Shown here piece after piece: positions 38,545-49,764 of a DNA stretch of 64,000 nucleotides. The notes under the pieces are model-generated. The model was not told where the DNA came from. It made no database searches and worked only from the letters and a program-made list of their open reading frames with translations. The position numbers and the translations under genes are program-made. This stretch comes from Macrostomum hystrix (taxonomy: Eukaryota > Animalia > Platyhelminthes). Position 1 is the first letter of the stretch. Each line of letters opens with the position of its first letter. Location: NCBI GenBank assembly GCA_950097015.1, contig CATNEN010000011.1, positions 3,596,001-3,660,000 of the forward strand. Direction: 5' to 3'.

Positions 38545-38920
38545 CTGCGGTGAGGAAGAAAGTGTGTAGACATTCTACATAAAATGTTTAGACAGAAATT
38601 CAAAGCATCGTTTTGTTTCCTAATTTCCTATTGCCCAATAAATTTCATCATCCATTTTTTAGTGTCTAAAAAGGAAAGCAGAGAATCACGGAAAACAACA
38701 CAACAGCCTCTATAGAGATGAACTGATACACTTAGTTCAATAGAGTTTACTGCATGTAGCAATGAAACTAGGCTTTGTTTTCAAACCTGTAGCGAGTTTA
38801 ACAGTAATGGCACAGAGTCTGTTGGCTTGCTGACTTCAAAAAACATTTTCATTTTGTAAATACATAAGTTGATACTTTTTTGTTTAGTTATTTAAGTATT
38901 ACTAATAATAAATCCTAATA

Positions 38921-39193
38921 GATTATACCTGCCCCAATTGGGCCAGATGTGTAGCCGACAGCACAGCCGCAGCTAATGCGCGTACAACTATTCAGTCCAT
39001 GGACTGGTGGACGCCACACCCACCTTCAATTATCCCAGCTGATGCTGGTACCCATTTAACAGCTGGGTGAACTGAAGCAATGCAGAGTTAAGTGTCTTGC
39101 TTAAAGGACACAAATTGTTCCAGTGCAGTCAGGAATCGAACCCCCGACCTTCAAGTCGTGACTCCGACACTCTAACCACTAGGCTACAACCTC
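38921..39193 (-). mobile_element. SINE family A, most complete copy (tRNA head, CORE-like domain, palindrome, 3' stem-loop)
   Basis: A-box TAGCCTAGTGG and B-box GGTTCGATTCC, followed by GTGTCCTTTAAGCAAGACACTTAACTCT...CAGTTCACCCAGCTGTTAAATGGG, which resembles the CORE-SINE domain, then CAGTCCATGGACTG. Confidence 0.9.
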
Positions 39194-39954
39194 TTCTAAG
39201 AAAAACACTGATTCTATTTGCAGAACTCCGTCCATGAGAATGCTCATAGATTCGTTTTTAGTTCCAGTGAGAGTAAACTAGCACTTGCTGTGCAAGCAAC
39301 AGCAGCAGCAGCAGCAGCAATAGCTAATCTATTTAAGTCTTTAGCTCGAGGCAATATCTGTTATGTCAATCTGGATGATTCCACTGTCCTTACTCAGCCC
39401 ATAAGGCGTATAACTGGCATATTGTAGTTATGGATTGCCATCGATTGATCCAAGGCGGAACGGAAACCACGAACTAACTAATTTAGGATGGTACCACATT
39501 TTTTCATGACTGGAAAATGAGAGAAACGATATTTTTGGGGGCAGGATAAGCCAGATATTTACATACGAAAATTGCGTCACAGAAGTATATTCGCAGATTT
39601 TTTTGTATTTAGAAGACAAAACAATTTGTTTATTCGACCCAAAATTTGTATGTGGGATTGCGTCACAAACATATCCCTATTACCAAACCCCATAATTTTG
39701 CCCATTCAAAACAGATATTTGGGATTTAACGGGACAGATTGAAGGGGCTACACCGCTTACATAGAAATCCGATACAAAACTGTTCTACTTCAGAATGCTA
39801 ATTTTAAGATAAGCCCCATTGGATATTCAAGTGGGGTCATCGTGTCTGGAAAGTTGATTGTTACAACCCCATTGTTAATCACAAGTTAAAAAATAACGTA
39901 AAATACTCTTCATTTACAACGAAACACTTAATTATTATATTAGAAAAAATTCAC

Positions 39955-40325
39955 TGAAGGATGTGAGATCTCCCTCAGTGAGATCTCAATAAAGAATGTT
40001 AGATCTCACTGAGGGATATGAAATCTCACTGAGAGATGTGAGATCTCAATAAAGGATGAGATCTCAATAAAGGATGTTAGATCTCACTGAGGGATGTGAG
40101 ATCTCACTGAGGGATATGAAATCTCACTGAGGGATGTAAGATCTCAATGAAGGATGTGAGATCTCAATAAAGGATGTTAGATCTCACTGAGGGATATGAA
40201 ATCTCACTGAGGGATGTCAGATCTCACTGAGGGATGTCAGATCTCACTGAGGGATGTCAGATCTCACTGAGGGATGTCAGATCTCACTGAGGGATGTCAG
40301 ATCTCACTGAGGGATGTCAGATCTC
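39955..40325. repeat. 20-bp minisatellite (GAGATCTCACTGAGGGATGT)n, array 1
   Basis: Direct tandem repeat containing the palindrome TGAGATCTCA. Confidence 0.93.
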
Positions 40326-40939
40326 ACTTCGGGATCTGAGAGCTAGATCCCATTTTGGATTGGAAATTCTCCGATCCGCCCAGCCAGCTACAACCCTCGC
40401 TGTATGATTTATAAACTCAGCTTCTGACCCGAAAATTCGGATTAAAAGCCTTCCCAATTTTGAGCCAATGTTTCTCTTCCAACACTCTCTATCCCCTGTT
40501 TTATTTATCCCCTTCGAGTAAGGGTTGTGTTGGGCATGAAGAACAGTCCTATATAGACGAATCATCAATCAATCAGCTCGGGCCTCATTGTCAAATATCC
40601 TTAGAAACTTTCTGGGCCATAAAAAGCGCACTTACAAAGCACACAAAGGCAGAGTTCTGCATGCAATCTAGAATGACTGCAATGCGTGTATGCTATAGTG
40701 TTTGCATGTAATGATTCATGTACAGCTAGGAGACTGGTTGAAGGCTTAAACATACCAAGTGATGGCTTGCAAACATCTTGTAGTTACAGCTCGGGTCTGT
40801 GTTTGTTTCTGGGCGTGTCATAAAACACAAGCGAGTGCAGGCGTATTAACACTAGAAACTAGAAACTTGATTGTACGACACATGTTTTCCGTTTTCTGGT
40901 CATCTTAAGCTTTGCTATTAAAACTTATGAAAGTGTTCG

Positions 40940-41385
40940 CTCACTGAGGGATGTGAGATCTCAATGAAGGATGTGAGAACTCACTGAGGGATGTGAGATC
41001 TCAATGAGGGATGTGAGATCTCAATGAAGGATGTGAGATCTCACTGAGGGATATGAAATCTCACTGAGAGATGTAAGATCTCAATAAAGGATGAGATCTC
41101 AATAAAGGATGTTAGATCTCACTGAGGGATGTGAGATCTCACTGAGGGATATGAAATCTCACTGAGGGATATGAAATCTCACTGAGGGATGTAAGATCTC
41201 AATGAAGGATGTGAGATCTCACTGAGGGATGTGAGATCTCACTGAGGGATGTGAGATCTCACTGAGGGATGTGAGATCTCACTGAGGGGTGTGAAATTTC
41301 ACTGAGGGATGTAAGATTTCACTGAGGGATGTGAGATTTCACTGAGGGATGTGAGATTTCACTGAGGGATGTGAGATGCATCCAA
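40940..41385. repeat. 20-bp minisatellite (GAGATCTCACTGAGGGATGT)n, array 2
   Basis: Same unit and a similar order of variant units as array 1. Confidence 0.93.
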
Positions 41386-41444
41386 TGAAGGATGTATTTG
41401 GCTAATTAATGCCATGCTATTTTTGATGTTATTAAAAATGACGG

Positions 41445-41594
41445 TTGCGTACGGCTGTTCAGTCCATGGACTGGCGTGATGCCATACCCAACTGACAGAC
41501 AGCTGGGTGAACTGAATCAAATTTAAGTGGAGTCTAAAAATGAACACTCGACCCTCAAGTCATGAGTTCACCGTTCTAACTACTAGGCTACAAC
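41445..41594 (-). mobile_element. SINE family A, degenerate and deleted copy
   Basis: Palindrome CAGTCCATGGACTG, CAGCTGGGTGAACTGAA and a head remnant ACCCTCAAGTCATGAG...CTAACTACTAGGCTACAAC on the + strand. Confidence 0.75.
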
Positions 41595-42414
41595 TACTTT
41601 ATATTGAAATAAAAATATATAAGCAATTTTCAAATGGCAGTGACTTGTCCAAAGGTGGTACTATTAGTTATAATAATTGTTTAAAGCAGTAGCAAATACC
41701 ACTTTGTCACCTAGTAACTAATAAGGAAAACACTTAACATATTTGTAATTTCTCAACCAATAGGCAATGATGGATCTGTATACATTTCAGCTTCTAGTCT
41801 TACATTAATCTAAAAGCATTTTACCCATCATTAGTCAAAATAGGTCCCGCGATTACTGGCTGCTTTAAAACACGAAAATAATCCTATATGCCGTTTATAC
41901 GAGCGTATGGCTAGACAAGCGCTCCACGAAAATATAAACACAGGACGGCATTCATTTTAACAACCCACTTAAAAGACGGGAACGGCGCCTCGATGTCTTA
42001 TTGAAAGAGAAGGAGAAATTGTGGAAATTAAACAGGAAAGCCGACCTCACAAAAACGCTGGTCATCTACGACCTAAAAAATAGGATTTTTTCTAAATTGC
42101 TGAATAACAGGAATTTCGTTAATGACTAAATTTAAAGTGGGCCGTTAACAAGACTGTCAGGCATGGCAATTGCTTGTTAGTTAAATTTTGGGAAGATATT
42201 AGTAGGAAATTCCTTATCAAAATAGCTTGAGGATAATTTTCCGTGGATAAAGTTGTTTTAAAAGATTTCGAAACTTTCTTAATAATCCAGAAAATGCATA
42301 GAAGAAGCACAAGCCCCAACTATTGCATTGAGGAATATTAAAATGACTAACTCGAACTAAAAAACACTGCTCTAAAACCGAATATATATTTTTAACTTTC
42401 TGAAAATCCCTCAC

Positions 42415-42800
42415 AGGTTCCGAAATTCCTCGAAGTTTCCAAGAATCACTCGCAGTTTCTAAGAATCCCTCGCAGTTTCCAAGAATCACTCGCAGTTTCC
42501 AAGAATCACTCGCAGTTTCCAAGAATCACTCGCAGTTTCCAAGAATCACTCGCAGTTCCCAAAAATCCCGCACAGGTTCCAAAAATCCATCAAAGTTTCA
42601 AAGAATCCCTCGAAGTTTCAAAGAATCACTCGTAGTTTCCAAGAATCCCTTGCAGTTTTCAAGAATTACTCGAAGTTTCCAAGAATTACTCGAAGTTTCC
42701 AAGAATCCCTTGCAGTTCCCAAAAAATCCCTCGAAGTTTCCAAGAATCTCTTAAAGTTCCAAAAAATCCATTTGCAGTTTCCAAAAATCCGTTTCGAACT
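42415..42800. repeat. 20-bp minisatellite (AAGAATCACTCGCAGTTTCC)n
   Basis: Direct, partly degenerate tandem repeat. Confidence 0.88.
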
Positions 42801-43149
42801 TACCAAAACTCCCTTGAAGTTCCAATAACTTGTCTAGGTTCCAATTGATCCCAGAACTTACACCTTACAACATATAGAACCCCAATAATACCGACTAGGA
42901 AACCGAAGGTTAGTCAACAACGACAAGTGGCTGTTTAGCCTCTCACCAGTGCATTGTAAGCAAGACCTCAGGTGAACTCCCCTATTCTATACAGCTAAGG
43001 GTTAATCTTCCAGTGCACGCCGTACATGTAGTATCCCGTTATAAGAGGAAGAGGAAGAGTTGCCACGAAGAACCGGAGAACAAATTAGACTTAACTCTAT
43101 CGATACCGACGGCCAACATTCCATAGAAATGAGGAACTATTGCCTTAGT

Positions 43150-43150
<1 letters not shown>

Positions 43151-43195
<45 letters not shown>
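43151..43195. repeat. (CAG)15 tract
   Basis: Seen directly. Confidence 0.95.
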
Positions 43196-43196
<1 letters not shown>

Positions 43197-44039
43197 TATT
43201 CTAATTAGTGTATGTAGCCTTCGCTGAAAGAAGAAGGTGAGATGAAAAGGAGAGAGGCGGGGCGTCAGAAGAAGCAGACCAGTTGCAAGAAGAAATCTCG
43301 CCGATCTTTCGCTATCCGTTTCGGGAGTTTGTAAGTGTCAGAAAAATTGCACCCTCTCCCTAATGCTGTAGCCTTCAAGCAGAGTTAGTGCGAATTTGCC
43401 CACCGGAATGTCTAGTGCTGCAAAGAAATAATATATATCGGTGACGGCAGCAGTTTTCAAAGTTATTTTCTTCTTGAAGCAGAAAATGTCCCCGTTTTGG
43501 TTCTGCAGACTTGGTTGTCTCGTTGCCTTAGGTAATCCTGTTAATCATTAAAATCTGTAGAAATAGATTACACTTGGGCGAAATCATGTGATCGTTTCCA
43601 TTCTTCGCCCTGGGAAGCAACAGTGTTGCGAAGTGTACCTGCCTGCGATTCAATCACTGACATGGCGGGGTAGTTATTTTCCCTAACACCTTAGCAACGT
43701 GGAAGAATGATTTTTGTTCCCAACTGCAGGTGATATGAAAGTGCAGGACTTGGTCGAAAATTATGTTTTTTTGTGCTTTTGCACCTCTGAGAGATCAGAA
43801 AATGTCAGCATCAATCAAAATTATATTCTTGTTGTTTTGTACTAATCCAAATCCTATACGAGCGTAATGACGCAACTGATAATCAGAAATTATCCATTAT
43901 AAAAACTGAAAAGCAATAGCGGAGAGGTGAAAAACGGGTGAGGCAGAAAATGGCGGGGGGTTATCCTGGGAAGAGATGAGAAAATGGTAGGGAAGAGGCA
44001 GGGAAGATTTTAGACACAGGGTGGATGAGGCATGTGAGA

Positions 44040-44225
44040 TATGAGACACGGGAGAGATGAGACACGGGAGAGATGAGACACGGGAGAGATGAGACACGGG
44101 AGAGATGAGACACGGGAGAGATGAGACACGGGAGAGATGAGACACGGGAGAGATGAGACACGGGAGAGATGAGACACGGGAGAGATGAGACACGGGAGAG
44201 ATGAGACACGGGAGAGATGAGACAG
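44040..44225. repeat. 16-bp minisatellite (GAGACACGGGAGAGAT)n
   Basis: Near-perfect tandem repeat. Confidence 0.95.
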
Positions 44226-44354
44226 GTTGGAGATAGATAATTGGGAGAGTCATTTTCAGGAACATTTCGGGAACTGTTAATGCCATACTGTCGGAATTGC
44301 CGACCCCGCGATAGTGCGCAAAAACTGCGAACAGAAATGTGAAGACTAAGAAAG

Positions 44355-44394
<40 letters not shown>

Positions 44395-44751
44395 CAAAAG
44401 TGTGAAGAGGAGGCCGTTGGGCGAAAGTTTTGAAATCTGGGTGGAGAATTTTCAAGAACGCGGCGGCTCATTAGGGCGGAGTCAAACAGCCGGGCCTGGT
44501 TACTAGCGATGCAGGGCGTGACTCATAACTCGGTTAAGAACAATGAGGTCAATTCACTGCTTTCGTTTTTGCAAGTTTTCACTTTGAAAAATAATCTGCC
44601 CTACAAAAATGGACCCCACGCCAAACCCACCTCACCCGACACTGAATTTTGACTGACAGCTTGGAAACTTTGAAAAGTTGAAATCTTTCAGGTCGTTATT
44701 CGCGCACTGATACAAAATGTTTGTTTGTGTAAAATTACCTGAAAAACTGGT

Positions 44752-44877
44752 TGACTGACTGACTGACTGACTGACTGACTGACTGACTGACTGACTGACT
44801 AACTAACTAACTAACTAACTAACTGACTGACTGACTGACTGACTGACTGACTAACTGACTGACTGACTAACTGACTG

Positions 44878-44912
<35 letters not shown>

Positions 44913-45027
44913 GACTGACTAACTGACTGACTGACTAACTAACTAACTGACTGACTAACTGACTGACTAACTAACTAACTAACTGACTGACTAACTAACT
45001 AACTAACTGACTGACTAACTAACTAAG

Positions 45028-45062
<35 letters not shown>

Positions 45063-45177
45063 TTAACTGACTAACTAACTAACTAAGTAACTAACTAACT
45101 GACTAACTGACTGACTGACTAACTGACTGACTGACTAACTAACTAACTGACTGACTAACTAACTAACTAACTGACTG

Positions 45178-45234
<57 letters not shown>

Positions 45235-45289
45235 TTAACTGACTAACTAACTAACTAAGTAACTAACTAACTAACTGACTAACTGACTG

Positions 45290-45328
<39 letters not shown>

Positions 45329-45445
45329 GACTGACTGGCTAACTAAGTAACTAACTAACTAACTAACTAACTAACTGACTGACTGGCTAACTAAGTAACT
45401 AACTAACTAACTAACTAACTGACTAACTGACTGACTAACTAACTG

Positions 45446-45500
<55 letters not shown>

Positions 45501-45695
45501 GACTGACTGGCTAACTAAGTAACTAACTAACTAACTAACTGACTAACTGACTGACTAACTAACTAACTAACTAACTAACTGACTAACTAACTAACTAACT
45601 GACTGACTGGCTAACTAAGTAACTAACTAACTAACTAACTGACTAACTAACTAACTAACTGACTAACTAACTGACTGACTGGCTCACTAAGTAAC
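44752..45695. repeat. Compound (CTGA)n/(CTAA)n tetranucleotide microsatellite
   Basis: Mosaic of CTGA and CTAA blocks over about 940 bp. Confidence 0.97.
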
Positions 45696-46030
45696 TAATA
45701 GATTATTTAAAAGAACGTTTCTATCTGTGCGAGTGTATTTGGCAAGCTGTCTATGAGAATTTCAGGCCAATTATAACCACTTTATGGCCCAAAATATAAC
45801 TGCTACACCATCTTCAGCACAGTTCCGAAATCATGTGCCATTCCGGTTAAAATGTAATAAGAAGAAATACCGAAAATCTTAGTGTGAGTCATTTTACAAC
45901 TAAACTGTGCTAAAATTGCTAATGAATTTTCTGAGACATAATTTTTAATGCATCCATCTTAAAAGAAAGAAAGGAGGGAGAGATGGAGAGAGAGGGAGAG
46001 TGGGAGAGGAAGAGAAGAGGAAGAGAGAGA

Positions 46031-46357
46031 GGCAGCGGGCACTTGGCCCATCATTTGGTGACACTAGACCCGCAGCCAGCGGGAATGCAATTCTGCCCAT
46101 TCCGCTGACTCCTGAGCACACTCGCACAGAGATAACAAAAGCAGGTACTAGACTGGCACTCACACAGGTGTGTACATCAGCCCTTCTCGTCCTCAAACAG
46201 TGTACACTCTCACTGTGCCTTGGAGGTTGGCCCTCAAGGGCGCAAATTGCACGACAAGCCCCCAAGCCCAAAAATGAATGCGGCCTCGCCGCGGAATCGA
46301 ACTCAGGGACCTCGGTGCGAGAGGCGAACGCGTTAGACCGCTCTGCCACTCACTCCC
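46031..46357 (-). mobile_element. SINE family B (tRNA-derived head, unique body, CT-rich tail)
   Basis: A-box TGGCAGAGCGG and B-box GAGTTCGATTCC. The head recurs at 48975-49047. No proper acceptor stem, so not a tRNA gene. Confidence 0.7.
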
Positions 46358-47097
46358 TTGTGTAACCTGTATTCTGAATAGCATAGGCAGAAAAGTAGAG
46401 AGCTAAGAAAGAAAATTACTGAAAAAAGAAGCTACAGAACCACAAAGCAGATGGCAAAAGCTGATAAATGTCAATCTTGTACAGCTTAGCCAACTTTTTA
46501 TAGAACTATGCTAGATAGCCACACGAAAAGTTGCACAATATCAAAAGAGAGAAATTTAAAAGCAGAGAACAGACAATGCTAAGTCGGGGGGGGAGGCAGG
46601 CATTGCGCAACCACTGATTCAACGACTCAACGTGCTTTGAGAAATTAGACTGAAAAAAATTCCAGAGCAAAGTGAGATCTTGAAATTTGATAGGCGTAAC
46701 TTAACAAACTCAATAAAATATGGCCCACGCCTAGCCTTTTGTCATTAATTTCCCCAGTTTAACAATGAATTCACACAAGAAATGAGGGTCTAAAACTGGA
46801 TGATAACTTTTTAAATGGAGAATTCTTTCGTTTGCGCAATTAAACTGAAAGCGAATTTTAATATAGGGGCTGGTGCCAATGGAACATTTGGATTGGGTTA
46901 ATTTATCCCATTATGTTGTGCTAACATTACTCAATGACTCTTTTATGCTATGAAGTGTTCTTTAAAATAATTTTCCCCGTTTATCAACGCAGTTGAATTG
47001 TGATAGAGTTAATTGATTAATAAGCACTTGTGCTTGGATGTGGGAAAATTTTAATTTGAAACGTTTTCTTTTCTTGCACATTTACATAGTTCCAGTA

Positions 47098-47990
47098 CTC
47101 TACTGTCTACTCTACCAATAACTCGACTGCCTACTCTACCAATAACTCGACTGTCTACTCTACCAATAACTCTACTTTCTACTCTACCAATAACTCGACT
47201 GTCTACTCTACCAATAACTCGACTGTCTACTCTACCAATAACTCTACTTTCTACTCTACCAATAACTCGACTGTCTACTCTACCAATAACTCGACTGCCT
47301 ACTCTACCAATAACTCTTCTTTCTACTCTACCAATAACTCGACTGTCTACTCTACCAATAACTCGACTGTCTACTCTACCAATAACTCTACTTTCTACTC
47401 TACCAATAACTCGACTGCCTACTCTACCGATAACTCGACTGTCTACTCTACCAATAACTCGACTGCCTACTCTACCGATAACTCGACTGTTTACTCTACC
47501 AATAGCTCGACTGTCTACTCTACCAATAACTCGACTGTCTACTCTACCAATAGCTCGACTGTCTACTCTACCAATAACTCGACTGTCTACTCTACCAATA
47601 ACTCGACTGCCTACTCTACCGATAACTCGACTGTTTACTCTACCAATAGCTCGACTGTCTACTCTACCAATAACTCGACTGTCTACTCTACCAATAGCTC
47701 GACTGTCTACTCTACCAATAACTCGACTGTCTACTCTACCAATAACTCTACTTTCTACTCTACTAATAACTCTACTGTCTACTCTACCGATAACTCGACT
47801 GTCTACTCTACCAATAACTCGACTGTCTACTCTACCGATAACTCGACTGTCTACTCTACCAATAACTCTGTCTACTCTACCAATAAATCTACCGTCTAAT
47901 CTACCAATAAATCAACTGTCTGCTCTACCAATAAATCTACTGTCTACTCTACTAATAAATATACTCTCTACTCTACCAATAACTGTACTG
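47098..47990. repeat. 24-bp minisatellite (CTACTCTACCAATAACTCGACTGT)n
   Basis: Direct tandem repeat at the 5' end of the LHFPL intron. Confidence 0.96.
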
Positions 47991-48058
47991 CACAATCTAT
48001 CATTACAATCTGCTATAACTAATCAATCTAGCAGATAAAATGATCAGTTCGGACTCAC

Positions 48059-48590
48059 CAGCCACACCTTGTACACAGCCAGCCACCCTGGCAGCCAACC
48101 TGTCAGCCCCGGGCCTCAGAAACAGGGCGGCAACGGCAGCTAGGGCGCACAGCGACTGCAGCAGGCAGCCACCGCCGAACAGCACGCAGGTGGCTCGCCA
48201 GGCATCTGAAGGCAAATTGGAGAAGGCAAACTTGCCGGCATAGACTCCGCAAACGGTGCTTCCTCCGACACCGTCTACCGCTCCGGCGGTGGGCGTCGGC
48301 CTTCGCAGATGCGGCAAATCGATGGAGTTGACGCAGAAGCTGAACACGCCGAGGCAGTGGGGCCGTCGCGGTTCCACAATCCAGAAGGGCTGCAAGAAGC
48401 AGAAGAAGGACACGCCGGCGCACAGAATAGATAGCAGGCACCACAGGAAACTGATGGGACTCAGCATTTTCTTGACTAGCGGCTGGCGAATCTGATGCCT
48501 TCTAGAGGAAGTCAATTGCTGCTGCTGCTGCTGCAGATCAACGCTAACAATAGGCGTAGCAACAGGCGTTGGCCACTGGCTATCTTTCAT
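48059..48590 (-). CDS. LHFPL/TMHS-family tetraspan protein, exon 1 (TM1-TM2)
   Basis: LWCLLSILCAGVSFFCFLQPFW...LGVFSFC...CGVY...FSNLPSDAWRATCVLFGGG are LHFPL hallmarks (QPxW, GxxxxC, IPSxxW). ATG 48590, donor G|GTGAGT. Confidence 0.9.
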
Positions 48591-48974
48591 TTGAGGTGGT
48601 CGATTAGCTATGAAAAAAACTACCTTCTAAGAGCTTGTCTGCTAAGTTAACTTGGCCAATTTCACCTCTAGACTAAGTTAGTAAGCAACAAGCGATTGCG
48701 CTTGAGTCTTAGCCCTACGATTTTATAATTGCAACGGTATAAATAAATAGCCATAATTTTTTCTGACCTCGGACTGTCGCCCTCTTAGTCGATTCTCATT
48801 GGCTGCGGACTTGGCCAATTAAAATCTCCGGCTTAAACTTTCCGTCGGAGCAACAAATAACGATGCGCGCAAATTATGCTACTGAACAAAGCTGCATTAG
48901 TAATATGAACTGAATTTGCAAGACGTAAATTAAATACTACACTCTCACTGTGCTCTCTTCGCGGCTAGATAAGT

Positions 48975-49047
48975 GTGGCCTCGACGCGGAATCGAGCTCA
49001 GGGACCTCGGTGCGAGAGGCAAACGCGTCAGACCACTCTGCCACTCA
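48975..49047 (-). mobile_element. SINE family B, head-only copy
   Basis: Close match to 46285-46357 (GAGTGGCAGAGTGGTCTGACGCGTTTGCCTCTCGCACCGAGGTCCCTGAGCTCGATTCCGCG). Confidence 0.7.
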
Positions 49048-49764
49048 TCACCCAACAAAAAAAATTACTTAGCAATTTAATGACAAGCTGAAATGTAACA
49101 CAAAAATCAAGACACGAGTATTTCAGAATTTTACTTGCACTATTTTTTAACCTACTTGTTGTATTATCATTTTTTAATAACAATAATGTATTAGTAAAAA
49201 AACAAAGACTTAACATAATCATTTTTAAATCTTCAGCGACAGTGCAAAGTGAAATTAAACTGATTATCATAGTAATTTAACACAAAATCCTCGAATTACA
49301 AAAAGGTGCCTAAAGGACACAGTTATCAAATGGAACTACAAGGCTAAGTGGCATATGATACAAATTTACTGTAACAAGTTTTGTTTTTGACAAAAAATCG
49401 TCTTTAAAGTGATTTAAAAAGTGAGATAAATAGATAAAATAGATTACAAAAGTGTATAAGTCAATCAACAAGGAGAGTTGAATGCGAGCCAAGACAACAG
49501 AGTAGAAATCGAAAATAAAACTTTGATTCATTGATAATTGATAATGAAATCTGGAATGCTACAAAGTGCGCACTACACAAAACTGTTGATATATATATAT
49601 ATATATATATATGAACAGTATAACTAATAAAATATTATATTATATTATAATATATTATATTATTATTATATTATATTATAAGTACATAATAGAGTGCCTT
49701 ACGTAACGAAATAAGCGGAAACAAAACACATAATTTAGAAATAAAAATATATCACGTTCGTGCA

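Noticed and set aside
38921-49047. tRNA genes at 39130-39193, 34400-34464, 46285-46357 and 48975-49047
   Set aside because: A and B boxes are present but acceptor and anticodon stems do not pair, and the heads run into shared repeat bodies, so they are SINE heads.
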